Shown here: positions 33,802 through 46,753 of the stretch, piece after piece
How the letters are laid out: each line of letters opens with the position of its first letter
Position numbering within the stretch: the first letter of the stretch is position 1
Assembly: GCA_030295235.1 (NCBI GenBank)
Contig: AP026124.1
Coordinates: 372,001 to 436,000 of the forward strand
DNA: 64,000 bases
DNA from: Fistulifera solaris
Taxonomy: Eukaryota
Direction of reading: 5' to 3'
The notes under the pieces: model-generated
The model's input: the letters and a program-made list of their open reading frames with translations, nothing else
Database searches by the model: none
Told to the model about the DNA's origin: nothing
Made by a program: the position numbers and the translations under genes

Positions 33802-35655
33802 TCATCTTCGTTTGAATATGGCCAACGTCTCCACATGATCGCTTCCTGGGAAAAGGACGTATCCAGTTGCACTTTGTAATACCCACCCAGCAGGACTAGA
33901 TAGAAGTCGCTCACAATCGCGAGCCAAGGCGTCAAAGCCGCAACTCACATAAATCAAAGTCTCTACATCATTCACCCAATTCACCTTATCGTCGAACATT
34001 GTCAAAAACGTCGACCTTTCGACGTACGGTTGATTCGGATTGAAAGGTTTGCACAGCTCGTCCAAAACTTCGCTTTCAAGTCCTTTCCGAGGCGGATCTA
34101 CAATGAGTACTTGCGCACCTAAAGCCTGACCCGCCTTTAGCGCTTGTCCTGCAGAAGCCACGAGATACGATGGCTCCTCCCGTTTCGAATCTTGCGAGAT
34201 AGGCGGCGTTTTCCCCGATTCGACCATTGCAGCGAGCTCCGCCAAAGTCAGAAACTTCTCATCAGAATCGTCCTGCATCTGGCCAACACCCCGACCGGAT
34301 ACATGTAAAGGCAAGGAATCGACTGCTCGATAAAAGCAACGAGAGTTCGACGGATTTTCGTCACTGCAGCGAATCCATGGAAGGGGTGCAGATCCATTTT
34401 CTTCGTTGGCGTGGTACGAAAGAGCGGTAAGTCCTAACAAGCCCACGCCAGCGTATAGCTCGCAAACCTTACTGCCACCCGGAATAGCGCGCGCGACATC
34501 TTCTGCAATTATATCAAACCCATCCAGATTACCTTGACGAAACGTCAGCGGAGAAAAATACAGCCATCCTTGATCTGTCGCCGGAATGGGTTCACGAATA
34601 AACTCTGGTCCGGAAATCCTATGCCACCTTCGAGGATTTCGTGAAAAGATGTTGTTGCCAGTACTATCATTGCAGTGACACCAGAAACTATGCCAAAGCT
34701 CCGGTTGCTTAGCCTCTAGTTCTTTGATCAGTCGCGACAAAGCAGGTTGCGTCTGTTTTAGCGTTTCCGCGTTCCAGATCAATGTAAGACAGATTTTTCC
34801 CGTAACACGTTCAACTTGAAACTGAACGTATCGTAATCCGTAATCACGTGTATTTTCCTGATAAGCAGCAATGCCCAATTTTTCGGTTGCCTCCACCAAG
34901 GCATGGACCGCTCGATTGATAGAAGGATGATGGACAGTACAGTCGGGGATTTCCAGCACTGTATGTGTTCCCTGTCGAAAGAGTCCGAACTGACAACCAT
35001 CCTTTGACCAAGTAGAGCTCTTGGGAGCAACGGCCAGCTTCGCTTGAGTCCTCCACGCTTGAACTTTGGAAGGAACGACTACCTTGTAGAATCCGTCGTC
35101 TTTCTCTTCCGTAGCAAACGGCAGCCCTCGATCTAAGATATCCACTCGTTTCCGCCGCACTGATGTGGAGGAAAAATAGAATTTAGCCGACTGTACGACA
35201 CTGACTGCAGCCACATTTTGATCGACAACACAGCCCGAGCATTCTTGAAAGTGCTTGCACCCAATCGCCTCCTCGAGACGGCGTTGATTTACAGCGGGAT
35301 TTCGGTTAGCCATGTATTCTGTTATCACTGGGCGAGGTCCTGTTGGCCGAGTCCGTCGCTTGGAGTTTTCCGAGTCTCCTACTTTGAGCTTTTTGGAGTT
35401 TGGTTTGCTCCGATTTCGGTTCACTCTTCCTTTTGCGCTATTATTGAGTTTTGAACTAACATTCTTGGATGATGATGACAATAATGAGCTGTTAAGAAAA
35501 TAACGTGCTTTGGCTTTCCTGTTTGATGAAACGAATGCCTCGGTTCGAGAAAAATTCGAAAAGAACAACGATGATAGAAGGAGGGAGAAATATACTGTCA
35601 AGCTCGTTCCTCGTTTCCGCCGCTGAAAAGGACTAGTAGTGTTGCGCCTTAACAT
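33802..35655 (-). CDS. RNA (uracil-5)-methyltransferase, TrmA/RlmD family, probably organellar
   Basis: CKHFQECSGC Fe-S-type motif; F.QGN, ELYAGVG, VDPPRKGL, IYVSCG and LFPGSDHVETL motifs; N-terminal hydrophobic stretch plus EAF. Confidence 0.85.
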   Translation of the reverse strand: MLRRNTTSPFQRRKRGTSLTVYFSLLLSSLFFSNFSRTEAFVSSNRKAKARYFLNSSLLSSSSKNVSSKLNNSAKGRVNRNRSKPNSKKLKVGDSENSKRRTRPTGPRPVITEYMANRNPAVNQRRLEEAIGCKHFQECSGCVVDQNVAAVSVVQSAKFYFSSTSVRRKRVDILDRGLPFATEEKDDGFYKVVVPSKVQAWRTQAKLAVAPKSSTWSKDGCQFGLFRQGTHTVLEIPDCTVHHPSINRAVHALVEATEKLGIAAYQENTRDYGLRYVQFQVERVTGKICLTLIWNAETLKQTQPALSRLIKELEAKQPELWHSFWCHCNDSTGNNIFSRNPRRWHRISGPEFIREPIPATDQGWLYFSPLTFRQGNLDGFDIIAEDVARAIPGGSKVCELYAGVGLLGLTALSYHANEENGSAPLPWIRCSDENPSNSRCFYRAVDSLPLHVSGRGVGQMQDDSDEKFLTLAELAAMVESGKTPPISQDSKREEPSYLVASAGQALKAGQALGAQVLIVDPPRKGLESEVLDELCKPFNPNQPYVERSTFLTMFDDKVNWVNDVETLIYVSCGFDALARDCERLLSSPAGWVLQSATGYVLFPGSDHVETLAIFKRR

Positions 35656-35929
35656 TTGTCTATGATGACGCGGATAATATCCTCTACCAATTTTAGTAAA
35701 AACGCAATGAAAAGTTAGGTATCGTTCTACCGAGCGATAACAGAGAATGGAAGGATAATTCAGTGATGGCGGTGATGGCGCGGTCGGAAACAAACACAGA
35801 GATAATCGCATGACAGACGAATAAGCAGTACGCGGTACGACACGCTTCGAATTTTACTCGAAGAACTCATGGCCTCAATTCACCTTCGTCCTTCATCGAT
35901 GAAACGATAGAAAGAAAGAAAATAAGACA

Positions 35930-36843
35930 ATGATTGTCTCCAAGAATCTCAAGATCGTCGCAGCAGGCCGGGGCGCTCCATTTCTCTTCCTTCTATTGCC
36001 GAAGCCGTCCTCAGTCTTATTTCTGCGACGACAACCAGCATCAACTTTGTCTACCTGGGCACGGCAACTTACGACAAGGAAGAAGCCTTTCTAATTCAAA
36101 CGGAAGCTTACAGAAAGCTTCGTAACTGTCAAGTGATGAAATTAGATGTCAGTGAGGCAGTCGACAATATACCATCGGAACAGGAAATACGTGACACAAT
36201 ACTGTCCGCTCATGCTATCCTCGTCAGCGGCGGCAACACGCTTTACGCTGTCAATCGCTGGAAAGAGCTCAAAATAGACCAATTTATCCGACAAGCAGTC
36301 GAAGAGAATCAATCTGTTCTATGTGGTGGAAGTGCGGGAGCTATTTGTTGGTTTGATTACGGACATTCAGATTCGATGGACCCGACCACCTTTCTCTATG
36401 TGGATCCAAACTTGACGGAGGAGCAGAAAAGCAACTGGGAATACATTCGGTAAGAATACAATCATCGAATGCAGGCTTGAGAATTTGGCTTTTCTTGCGT
36501 TAATCCGTGATCCATTTGCAGAGTGGAGGGCCTGGGGTATATACCAGCACTTTGTGTGCCCCATCACGACACAATTCAAAGTAACGGAGTTCCTCGATCA
36601 GAGGACTCGGATGCGATGCAACTCAAGTACCCAGATCAGATCAGTATTGGAATTGATGAAAATGCTGCATTAATTGTAACTGATGGAAGAGCTAGGGTCA
36701 TATCTGCTGACGGAAATGCAGGGTGCGTCCTTAAGAAAGTGGTAACTTCCCAGAACGGCCCAGCTGTCATTGAACGCATACCCTTTACACACGACCATGG
36801 ATCGGTACGGTTTGACCTTCTGCTAGAGGGGCGCATTAGATAG
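35930..36843 (+). CDS. Peptidase S51 (dipeptidase E/cyanophycinase family); frameshift ~35975, intron 36450-36521
   Basis: YLGTA.YD, VSGGNTL, GGSAGAICWF, CVPHHD and IGIDENAAL motifs. Confidence 0.8.
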
Positions 36844-37802
36844 ATATGATTGACCCTCTATCGTTCGAGAGGCTTGGTATTTTTGTGGCATGGATTCAAA
36901 GATTCATTGCAACTGGTTTCTTTACACGCGCTCTAAAGACCCATTGAGCAACACTTGATGGTTTTGAATTTGCGCTGCCCATACCTAGTCTGCTGTATGA
37001 CAGCAAAAAGCGAGAGACCTGGATTGTCTTAACCATTTATTTTGGCGTAGTTTGGTTTATTTACCGTCCGTTGCTTCACATAAAACACCGCTGACAAAGT
37101 ACCGTGGTGACAAGCGAAAGGCGAACAACCGAGATAAAAGACGCCTTGGAGGGCTAAACGGCTCACATTAAAAATTTTTAAGGATCGATGCGTGTTCTAA
37201 AAGGTTTCGACGAAAAATCTGACAAAACGTGATAGTGACGAAAGACTGAAAGTAGATTGATGTAATGTACATGTAGCTAATGGCTACCGAATTTGAAGAC
37301 AATGAATAAACCTAAGAAACGTAAGTCAAATTTTAAGAGAAAACTCAGAAACGTAAAGACTGATAATTCGATCTTCAAATTATATACTGGTTTATGCCTC
37401 ATGACTGAATCTCAGTCTGGTAAAGTGGGAAGTTGTTACTCTTTGTCTACGCCGGAAGAATGTCAGCAACCGGTTGGTGCGCAGTCTTTGCTGAGATAAC
37501 TTGTTGATAATGCATTTGTGGTGGCGGGCTCGCTTTGATTGTCGACTCAGAGAGCATATAATGTGTTTCGTGACTGAACGAGATCTATTCAGTCACGAGA
37601 GCATGAGATTCTCATTACGGAGTACTACGTATTTTTTATAGAGGTTACACGGGACTGAAACTCATTTATTCACTAGCATACAGCAATGACGTCACATTGG
37701 TTAAATCTGAACAATTATTCCTTTCCTCATTACAACTTTGAAATGCCCAGCGCAACAACAATTGTTTATTTTTCTCGTTTGTTTTTTTATTCTTTTAATA
37801 AC

Positions 37803-39275
37803 ATGATCTATTCTAAATTACAGAGGCTATACTTGTCACTGATTCCCATCCCAATTTTGACTTTGACCTTTGTCGCGAAACAATCATTTTCTTTTGTGGT
37901 GCCCAAAATACATCCTCCGTCATTGCGCGTCGGTATCCGTCGTAGAATGTCTTCATCGACTACGTTCGAGGAAGACGAAACACTAAGTGGGAAAGAATGT
38001 ACGAAGCAAGAAGGTACGACAGGAGCGCAGTCGGCTTCAATCACACACATGACCTCACCGCGTTTGTTCCTTAGCAAACCGAATATGTTCGAAGACAAGG
38101 TTGATAAAATGAAGGTAAAAAGCGAAGTGAGAGTCGTTTCGTTCGATCTTGACAATACACTGTGGAACACATCGGCTACAATTGACGCTGCCAATGATGC
38201 ACTCGCATCTTTCTTGGATTCGAGAAAGATCGTCCAACCGATACGCGTGGAAAAAGTAATGGGGGAGCTGTTTCAGAAAAACAAAAGTCGATACTGTCCA
38301 CTGGACCAAAGAGCCAAAACTCCTGTTTACTTGACCTTATTAAGAAAAGATGCGATTCGGAACATTTTAGAAGAAGCCAATGGCTATTGCACTGAGAAAG
38401 CAACAAGCCTATCGGAAGAAGCATTCGAACTATGGGTGCAAGCGCGACACGATGCCATTCTAAATAACATGGCTGTTTCTGCGGTTCATTGTTTAAAGGA
38501 GATATCCTCGATGCAGCGTAAGGATGGTCACCGTATAATCATTGGAGCGATAACGGATGGGAATTCAGACCCCAAGCGGGTCCAGGCGCTAGCACCATTT
38601 TTCGATTTCTGTATCAATGCCGAAAGCGTTGGAGTCGGAAAGCCAGATAAACGAGTTTACTTGGAAGCAATCCGCCAAGTTGCTTCTATGCCATCAATGC
38701 AAGATATTTTCGGAAACTCGCCGGGTACTCTACCTGTGGATTCTCTAGAAGAAAAAGTGGGTCCCTTTTGGGTACATGTAGGAGACGACTTCACGAAAGA
38801 TGTCGTCGCGGGGAAAGGACTCAACATGAGAACGGTATGGTGCCGTGAACTAATTTTGGACAGTCTGAAACAGCAGACCGTAGTAAACAAGGAGATACCC
38901 CCGGAGCGGTCTGTAGAAGATCTCGTAAAACAAGTTTCCGAGATGAAAGTCGTCAAGATGGAAATTGGGGCCGGAGACTACTTGTCCGATATGTTGCAAA
39001 AAGAATTCGCGGACTCTGTCATTGATAGTTTTATTGACTTGAGTTCTGTACTGAAAGAGTGGCACGCAATTGAGCCAACTCCTGCCTCATCATTACTTCC
39101 AGCGGAAGATTCACAGCAAGTACCACCTCTACAAGTGGAAAAGGCAAGCTTAAGAACAATTACACTAGAGGTTGTAGAACCAGTGAATGGAGACGAAACG
39201 AAGTTTTGTATCTTTTGTGGGACTAAGCTTCCGTCGGTGGCTAAATTTTGCTCGGGTTGTGGACAGGCACAATAA
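37803..39275 (+). CDS. HAD-superfamily hydrolase with C-terminal zinc ribbon, probably organelle-targeted
   Basis: SFDLDNTLW, ITDGN, KPD and HVGDD...DV motifs; FCIFCG...FCSGCG at the C-terminus. Confidence 0.8.
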   Translation: MIYSKLQRLYLSLIPIPILTLTFVAKQSFSFVVPKIHPPSLRVGIRRRMSSSTTFEEDETLSGKECTKQEGTTGAQSASITHMTSPRLFLSKPNMFEDKVDKMKVKSEVRVVSFDLDNTLWNTSATIDAANDALASFLDSRKIVQPIRVEKVMGELFQKNKSRYCPLDQRAKTPVYLTLLRKDAIRNILEEANGYCTEKATSLSEEAFELWVQARHDAILNNMAVSAVHCLKEISSMQRKDGHRIIIGAITDGNSDPKRVQALAPFFDFCINAESVGVGKPDKRVYLEAIRQVASMPSMQDIFGNSPGTLPVDSLEEKVGPFWVHVGDDFTKDVVAGKGLNMRTVWCRELILDSLKQQTVVNKEIPPERSVEDLVKQVSEMKVVKMEIGAGDYLSDMLQKEFADSVIDSFIDLSSVLKEWHAIEPTPASSLLPAEDSQQVPPLQVEKASLRTITLEVVEPVNGDETKFCIFCGTKLPSVAKFCSGCGQAQ

Positions 39276-39444
39276 CTATTACTCCGTAATTAATGAGTGA
39301 CTGTTGTGTGATCTAAAACACACTACGGTACTTTGTATACGCGTTTGCGGTTTCCTAGGGCGCTTAAGGAAGCTGAAATGAATGATTCATTTTGTTCACT
39401 GAAGGCGACTGGTGTTCATAGTTTGCGGGGAAAAGGCGGAGTCA

Positions 39445-40814
39445 TCACCGCGTGGCTAATGATTCGACCGCACTAAAGATGACACCCGCCGCATTTTCGT
39501 TCCAATTTTCACTCCAAGCACGCCGACCAAGAAGTTGTTTTGAATATCGATCCAAATCGCCGAAGGAATGATTCGGAAATCGAGTGTCTTTGCTATTCGA
39601 TCCCAAAGGCCCCAAAGGTCAACTAGCAAGTCGGCCAGCTCTCGACTTGATTCAAAGACACGGCCATTCACATCATCTTCTACCAGTTCAGAAAGACACG
39701 CAAAGTTTACCGCGCAAACGGGAACGCCGCAACCAAACATATCCAAGATTTTCATTGGTAAATCCAATCCAGAAGTAGAAGTATGTAGAGAAATTCCCAA
39801 ATCGGCGCATGCTAGTAGCTTTGGGTAATCGCCAGGTTCCAACCAGACCGTTTGTATGGCAATATGACGCATCCCTAGCCTTGATATCCTTTCTTCATAC
39901 ATCTCTTTCTGAGGACCTTTGCCAGTTACAACAACAAGACATCGTAAATCAAGACGCTTTGTTTCAATGTGTCGGTCCATGATTACGAGGGCATCGAGCA
40001 ATATGCCGAAATCTTCATCGGGTGTCCAGGAGGTCGAACTCACAATCAACGCAGGTCTGCTCAATCGAGGGAGGTACCGATTGTTCTCACAGCATTCTGT
40101 GAAAAGGGATTGATGTGAATTGTCTTTGGAGTGAGTCCATTCTCGTGGGCAATTTTGGCACAGTTGTTTGTCAAGTTTCATCAAGATACTATGTTGTTCG
40201 GCGAGGGATATTCTTTGAAACATGGCCGGCGGACAGTCGTATAGTACTTGGATGGAACTATTAGTCTTGATATTCATGTTTTCTTGTAAAAACACCTTCA
40301 TCGCTTTTGTAACAGTAAAATGCGCATCCGCAAAGGGTGCCATGATTTGTTCGTACTTTCTGGCCAGTTTCTGAACGGCACCAGGGTTTAACATGGAGTA
40401 CCCCAAATTATGCCAGTCGATGATGAAGGCGGGTCGTTTGCCGCGCCAGAAAGACATGAGCTTACAATACAAGACGCAAATAGCCATTATAGGCATTGCG
40501 GGTGGATTTTGAACGATTATACAATCAGCGACGCCAGGAACGGAAAGAAATAATGCCCACGTCAGCCACAAAGTTAAGCTCAAAATCCTGCTGACAAAAT
40601 AAATGGGTAGACATTTCCTCAAAAATAAGAACGACGGTGGCATAAATCGCACAACACGGAGTCTTTCTTGATTCTCTTGCAGCGCCGGTATCAAGTCTTC
40701 GCCGGTGTAACCCAGCAGTGTCACGTCATGTCCTGCTTCGAGCAATGACATTGTGTGATACTGCATTCGAGGAGATCGTCCTACGTCGCCGAGAACCGCC
40801 ACCACGACGTGCAT
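39445..40814 (-). CDS. ALG1: Chitobiosyldiphosphodolichol beta-mannosyltransferase (frameshift near the 3' end)
   Basis: VLGDVGRSPRMQYH, QNPP, IDWHN, SSTSWTPDEDF, TGKGP and HTSTSGLDLPMKILDMFG motifs. Confidence 0.93.
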
Positions 40815-41085
40815 TTTCCTTTGTACTTCTTTACAAATGGAAATGGCGTTTCATTCTCCAATTATTATTGCTGTTTTCGCGGAAAGCTTTTCGATTTTCG
40901 GTATACCAGGTACGGTAGAGGTACGGGGTAACGAGTCCTCATCAGTGATGATTAAACTGGGTTTGCAGTCCTGGAACATCATTCTTCTTTGACGTACGTC
41001 AGTGCAGACCGCCGACAAAATTGGTGCCCCCAGGCCGCACCACGTCTCCTTTTGTTTTATTATTCCGATCAAAGAGGTGAAAGTC

Positions 41086-42221
41086 ATGAAAATTATTCTT
41101 TTCGTTTTCATTTCAATTGTGAGCAGCGCTCTAACTTTCTCGACCCCTAGCACCATGGCCACCACAACTGCAACCGCCACTCTGTTTGACGCACCAGTGT
41201 CGAATCATGGCGCTCGATGTCGCCTCATTCTCTACAAGAAACAAATCCCATCCTCTGAAGTAAGCATTGTGTCTCCCGGTGAAATCGGAGGTCTCAAATC
41301 ACCCGAATATTTAGCCCGAAATCCATCCGGAAAGATGCCATTGCTGACATGCCCTGATCTCGATCTTCACATTGCGGAATCCGACACTATCGCAAGATAC
41401 CTTTGTAGCAAATATTCTGGCAGAGGGCCATCGTTCCTGCCAGAGGACCCTCGATCGAACTTGATCGCCCGGATTCATGATATTTACATTTCTCCGATCC
41501 AAAGTTGTCTCTATAAGTATCCTCCCTTTGCAACATTCGGTACTCGCAAAGATGCAATTGCCGAACTGATCAAGCAACTGAACATTGTTGAAAGTCACAT
41601 TGTTGATGGCTCGGGTCCCTTTCTTTGCGGCCAGGAGGTTTCACTTGCCGATGCTACACTATTCCCTACCTTGATCTTCATTGAACACATGCTACCAAAG
41701 TTTGACGTTCTATCCGGAGTTCCACCTAAAATGGCCAAGTGGTTTGCGAATCTGAAAGTAAATGACCTGACTTCAAGAAAGTGTTTGACGAAATAGCGGA
41801 TAGCCTAAAGCAATGGGACGCCAGTGGACGATGGGACTCAATGCTCGGTGCGGGTGTTCGAGATACAGATCCTCCGACCTTGTTTGACAAGATTATTTCG
41901 GGCGAGATCCCCGCCGCCATCGTCAAGCAAGATGACAAGATGATGGCGTTCAAAGATATCAACCCCGCCGGGCCGGCACATGTTTTGATCATTCCCAAAG
42001 ATCGCAATGGTCTCACACGCTTGGGAAAGGCAAGCGTCGAACACAAGGAAATTCTTGGTCATTTGATGGTGACTGCTGCAGAGATTAGCAACGACAAGTC
42101 ACTCGGTTTTGGTGATGGAGCCCGCATTGTGGTCAACGACGGCCCAGACGGCGGACAAGAAGTCATGCATCTTCACGTTCACGTGATCGGAGGACGCGCC
42201 ATGCAATGGCCTCCCGGTTAA
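41086..42221 (+). CDS. Glutathione S-transferase + HIT (HINT-like) fusion with signal/transit peptide (frameshift ~41767)
   Basis: GST: NPSGKMP, ESDTI and SLADA. HIT: LFDKII, FKDINP, HVLIIPK and HLHVHVIGG..WPPG. Adding one C in GACC(C)TGAC joins the two frames. Confidence 0.78.
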
Positions 42222-42450
42222 GAAATTTAGTGTTACCAGCGTCGGTAGAGCTAGTCGAGAAAGACCTTTATTCTGTCTTATTGAAAATACAAATAGAGAC
42301 TTTTCAAGTAGCAAATGAATAGGTTTTTCTTACGATTAATCCATAAGCTTCAAAAGGAAGAAGTGTTCTTGATGCGAAGATCCCTTAGGCTACTCCCCAC
42401 CAATCAATCACTCCACCCTAATTCCAATAGTAATCGAAGGTTTGAGCCAT

Positions 42451-43767
42451 CTAACCGACATACAAACTGCGGTCGATGACAGGAGGAATCGGTCGAATCT
42501 CTGTTCCAAGTTCTTGTTCGACACGACGCAAGTTGTTTCTGTCCTCGTTGCTGATTAAGTTGACAGCCAATCCAAGGTGGCCAAAACGCCCTGAGCGACC
42601 GATGCGGTGCAAGTATGTTTCACTATTCTTCGGGAAGTCGAAGTTGATGACGACGTTCACCGACTGGATGTCAATACCTCTAGTAAAAAGATCCGAGGTG
42701 ACAAGGTGTCTTGTAGCGCCGTTGCGGAACTCGTGAAACACGCGATTGCGGTTTGCTTGCTGCATCTTGGCGTGGATGTAGTAGCACGAATACCCAAGCT
42801 CTGTAATTTTCTTGGCCAAGAGCTCCACTCGGTTCACCGAGTTGCAAAAGATAATACTCTGGTTAATCTCAAGTTTGGTGAAAAGAGTATTGAGACAGTG
42901 AACCTTTTGACGCTCTTCGACGTAAGCGTAAAACTGAGTGATACCGCGGAGGGTCAATTCATCCATGAGATTGATGCTGTAGGGATTGGGGACGAATTTT
43001 TTACAGAAGCCCTTGACAGTCACTGGGAATGTGGCGCTGAAGAGGCAGATTTGATGATCCTCGTGACATTGTCCGATGATCTCTTCAAGGACCGGTTGAA
43101 ACTCAGGAGAGAGAAGCTTGTCGGCTTCGTCCATGATAATAGTTTTGACCTTGCTAAGGTCAGCCACTTTTTCGAACCCAGATCAAGGATACGACCTGGA
43201 GTTGCGACAATGATGTGGACCGAATTGTAGAGGCGCATGATATCGTCTTTCAAGGATGTACCTCCTGTGGTCACCATGCACTGGATTCCCATGTGCTTGC
43301 CCATTTCTTTGACAATAGCAGATGTCTGCAGAGCCAGTTCGCGTGTAGGGATCAAGATCAAGACTGCCGAAGGAATAAGAATCTGCTTTAGCGACTCAGC
43401 TCAGGTAGGCGTGATCTGAAACAGATTACTTACCCTGAATAAAGTTTTTCGTGGTGTCGGTCTTTTCTAAGCATGGGATGATGTAAGCAGCAGTCTTTCC
43501 CGTCCCATTTTTCGCGCGGGCTAAAACGTTGCGGTTCTGTAGAATAACAGGAATTGCTTCTTCTTGAATTGGGCTAGGCTTTTCAAAGCCCTTTTCGAAT
43601 ATACCCATCAGTAGTTCGCGCTTGAGAAAGAAATCTTCAAACTCTCGTCCTTTCGTATCCGTTACATCTTCTGTTTTGTAGCGGGTGTCTTTCGGTGGCG
43701 CGGTGAGACCATCCCGATACGATCCGTTCCCTCCTCCGTTGTTCGGGGGATTTTGAACCGATGCCAT
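42451..43767 (-). CDS. DHH1: DEAD-box RNA helicase DDX6/Dhh1; intron ~43363-43432, frameshift ~43170
   Basis: [51 protein letters not shown] and [10 protein letters not shown] motifs. Confidence 0.95.
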
Positions 43768-44771
43768 TCTTGCTATCCGTTGTAAATTATGCTGTTAGAT
43801 GCGACAAAGACGGCCTCCCGTGAAATGTCTTCCGCCACCGGTAACTGGTAATATGCCTGCTCGTGAATCTTGTTTTCCGTACTGAAACGAAAAGTCTCTG
43901 CTTTGAACTTCCCAGTAGAGTTACCTTGATAAATGAAGTAAACAGCACCGAAAGAAAGCAAAAGCTCTAGTTTAGTAAGGTGGCTTGAAAAGGATGCACT
44001 GTAATGGGTCCTTGCAAGCAGCATGCGCTCCACAAGTACGGGCAACGGCTCTTTCTACGGAGCTGGAGTACTGCGGCTACGTGGGCGGTCGACGCGGCCT
44101 CCGCCGCCGCTGCAATCTTTTCTTTTTTCACGGTGATGATTAGACGGACGTTGACGTCGTACTGTTAAACTACTTCATTTCGTATACTCCAGAGAATGGC
44201 TGAAATCCGAAGTTTTCCCGTATCCTCGATCCCGATCCTCGACAACGATAACGACATGAACGTGATGATGATGATGATGGCGGCATTTCGCCCTTTGAAT
44301 TCCGCATTCCAAGTTCACAAATGAAGCTATTGCTACCATTATAACTTCCCATTGTATCCTTTAATTAACATATATCATCATTAGCTGCTTAAAGTTAGTG
44401 AAAAGAGCGAGAGTCGAATGTTAGATAATGCTGGAAAAGGGGAAGTCATTACGATCGCCAAGGCTTGAATTATCTGCCTTAATCACCGTTAAAGATGGTT
44501 GAGAGCGGTTTGGCAAACTGGTTTGTTATCGGTCGTTGTGTTCGCATCCCTGCTGAGTTATCAAGCAAAGTCTCAGGCCCTCTGATTGGGGTTCGCAATT
44601 AGACATTTTTCTGTCAATTTTGTCGTGGATGATGTATCGCGATTTCTCGTGATACCCGACGATTCGCAAATCGTTTCATCGAGTTTTCCACACAAAGCGA
44701 TACTCGTGCTTTTTTGTTTACTGATCACTATAATCAAAATTTAGTGGGGGTACTACAATCAAGAATAGATC

Positions 44772-45851
44772 ATGGAAACATCATCTCCTCAACATCTATC
44801 AATCCTCGAAAGGATCGGAAAAGCGCTGGGATTAGGTAATATTTATCCTGGAAGTGGATTGATTTTCATCACGGGAGGGACTGGCGTGATCGGTCATCGT
44901 GTCGCCCAGCGATTGCTGGATGTGGGTTATTCTCACATACGATTGGGAACGAAACACCCTGAGGGGCTAGGAGATTTGCTGAAGCCAGGGGCCGAGACTG
45001 TAGACTTCGCTTGGGGCAACGAAGATTCCTACGAGAAAGCTTTAAAAGGCGTGAAATCAGTTCTTTGCACCGTTCCATATATCGAAGGATGGAAAGATCA
45101 TTTCCCTGCCTTTTTCAATGCCTGCAAGAACGCTGGAGTTAAACACTTTGTGAAGCTCTCCTTCTACCACGCTCGAGATATGGCAGGGCCTATGCAAGAG
45201 ATCCCACTGGCAAGAGATCATGGTATTTGTGACAACTATGTTGTCGAAGAGTTGACTCCGCGCTACGCAACAAGCGTCATGACGGGTGACATGGATGTCG
45301 GCAATGACTTCATCCATCCAGAAATGGAGTTTACCATCCTCTACGCGAGTCATTATATGTCGAATCCCTTCATTTTTCAAAGGAAGAAACTTGAAAGCGG
45401 ACATTCTGGAGCATTCTACGGGGCCTCGGAGAATCATGGAGTTAATTACGTTTCTCCCAACGATGTGGCAGAGGTGGCAGTCCGAGTGCTTCTCGAAAGA
45501 AAGAACCACAGCAACAAAGAATATCTGTTGACCGGCCCGGAGTCGATCATCGGCCAGCAAGTTGCCTATCTCCTTTCGGATCACTTGCAAAAACCTATTG
45601 TTTATGTCGATCAGCCATTAGAAAAGTTTACTCGAGAAATGAAAGAAATCGGCGAGGCTGCATGGGTTGTGAGTGATTTAGCGGCTATGGAAAGGATTAA
45701 GGCTTCGGGAGTAGAGGAAGCCAAAGACTTTTTGTCGGGAGATATTGAGATCATATTGGGTCGCAAACCGGAGAGCTTCAAAGAGTATTTAGGACGAAGC
45801 GACACGATGACCCCGGTCGAAGCAGGTGCCCCGCTAGGTATCGCTGAATAG
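44772..45851 (+). CDS. NmrA-like / atypical SDR NAD(P)-binding protein
   Basis: ITGGTGVIG, AGVKHFVKLS, YVSPNDVAEVA, LTGPE and LGRKPESF motifs. Confidence 0.8.
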   Translation: METSSPQHLSILERIGKALGLGNIYPGSGLIFITGGTGVIGHRVAQRLLDVGYSHIRLGTKHPEGLGDLLKPGAETVDFAWGNEDSYEKALKGVKSVLCTVPYIEGWKDHFPAFFNACKNAGVKHFVKLSFYHARDMAGPMQEIPLARDHGICDNYVVEELTPRYATSVMTGDMDVGNDFIHPEMEFTILYASHYMSNPFIFQRKKLESGHSGAFYGASENHGVNYVSPNDVAEVAVRVLLERKNHSNKEYLLTGPESIIGQQVAYLLSDHLQKPIVYVDQPLEKFTREMKEIGEAAWVVSDLAAMERIKASGVEEAKDFLSGDIEIILGRKPESFKEYLGRSDTMTPVEAGAPLGIAE

Positions 45852-45996
45852 CTTGACCTACACCTTCATGTACTTCTGTTCATAATTCTACTTTTTATTT
45901 CTTATACATCCCTTTGTTAACGTGCTACGCCATTCTAACATCTTCCTAAGTATACCTGCAACCTACGGGGTTCAAGTGTCATATGACACCGAGCCT

Positions 45997-46753
45997 TTAC
46001 TCTCCTTCTACCTCAATTTCAATTTTCGCTGAAATATCCTGCGTGAGCGATATCGACGCCCCAAACTCTCCAGTATGTTTAATGTCACCCGCGATCTTCT
46101 TTCCGTTGGCATCCAACAGTGATGTGACCTTTACAGTCTTTCGACTCAGAAATTCCTCCTCTCCAAAGGTGCTTATCATTTCCTCCATGATCGCCTTTGC
46201 TCCGATTCCACCGAAAAGCTGGCCATCGGGCCCCACTTTACGTTTGAAAACAACCTTTTGCTGAGAAATAGCTCTTTCAACTTCTCTGCTGTCTCACGCG
46301 TTTGTTTGTCAGCCTCGGCGGCCTTTTTCTTGCTCTTTTGTACTTCTTCGTCCGAAATGAGCACAGCGGATTGTGTGGGTCGTAATTTGTTGTTGTAGAA
46401 AGCTGGAGTTACCATGATAACTAAGAAAGTGATTCCAAAGTTAGGCTGAAACGAGATAGCAAAAATTCGAAGCCAGACGCAGTTCACGCACCTTGACCAG
46501 CCTGACCTGTCCCTGCGATGTGCTTCAATAACTTGACCTGAACTTTCTTGGTAGCCGCATTTACTGGGGCCTTCTTCTTGGCATTAAGTTGACTTGTAGG
46601 GGAAGACACAGAATTCGCAGGACCCGCCCTCTTCGGGGAAGCTTGTATCACAAAGCTAGCCGTCATGAAGTGAGCCGAGTGATTCGCTTGCGCCATCGAC
46701 ATGAACCATCCTAAGCACAAAATCAACGATAGCGTTGCATTCGGTAGGGCCAT
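45997..46753 (-). CDS. rpl9: Ribosomal protein bL9, probably plastid-targeted; intron ~46421-46490, frameshift ~46255
   Basis: VQVKLLKHIAGTGQAGQV, P.FYNNKL.P, GPDGQLFGGI and IKHTGEF motifs; N-terminal signal peptide. Confidence 0.8.

Noticed and set aside
36844..37800. ~1-kb intergenic gap as a possible RNA gene
   Set aside because: No tRNA cloverleaf, snRNA or rRNA signature recognised; the short ORFs lack motifs.
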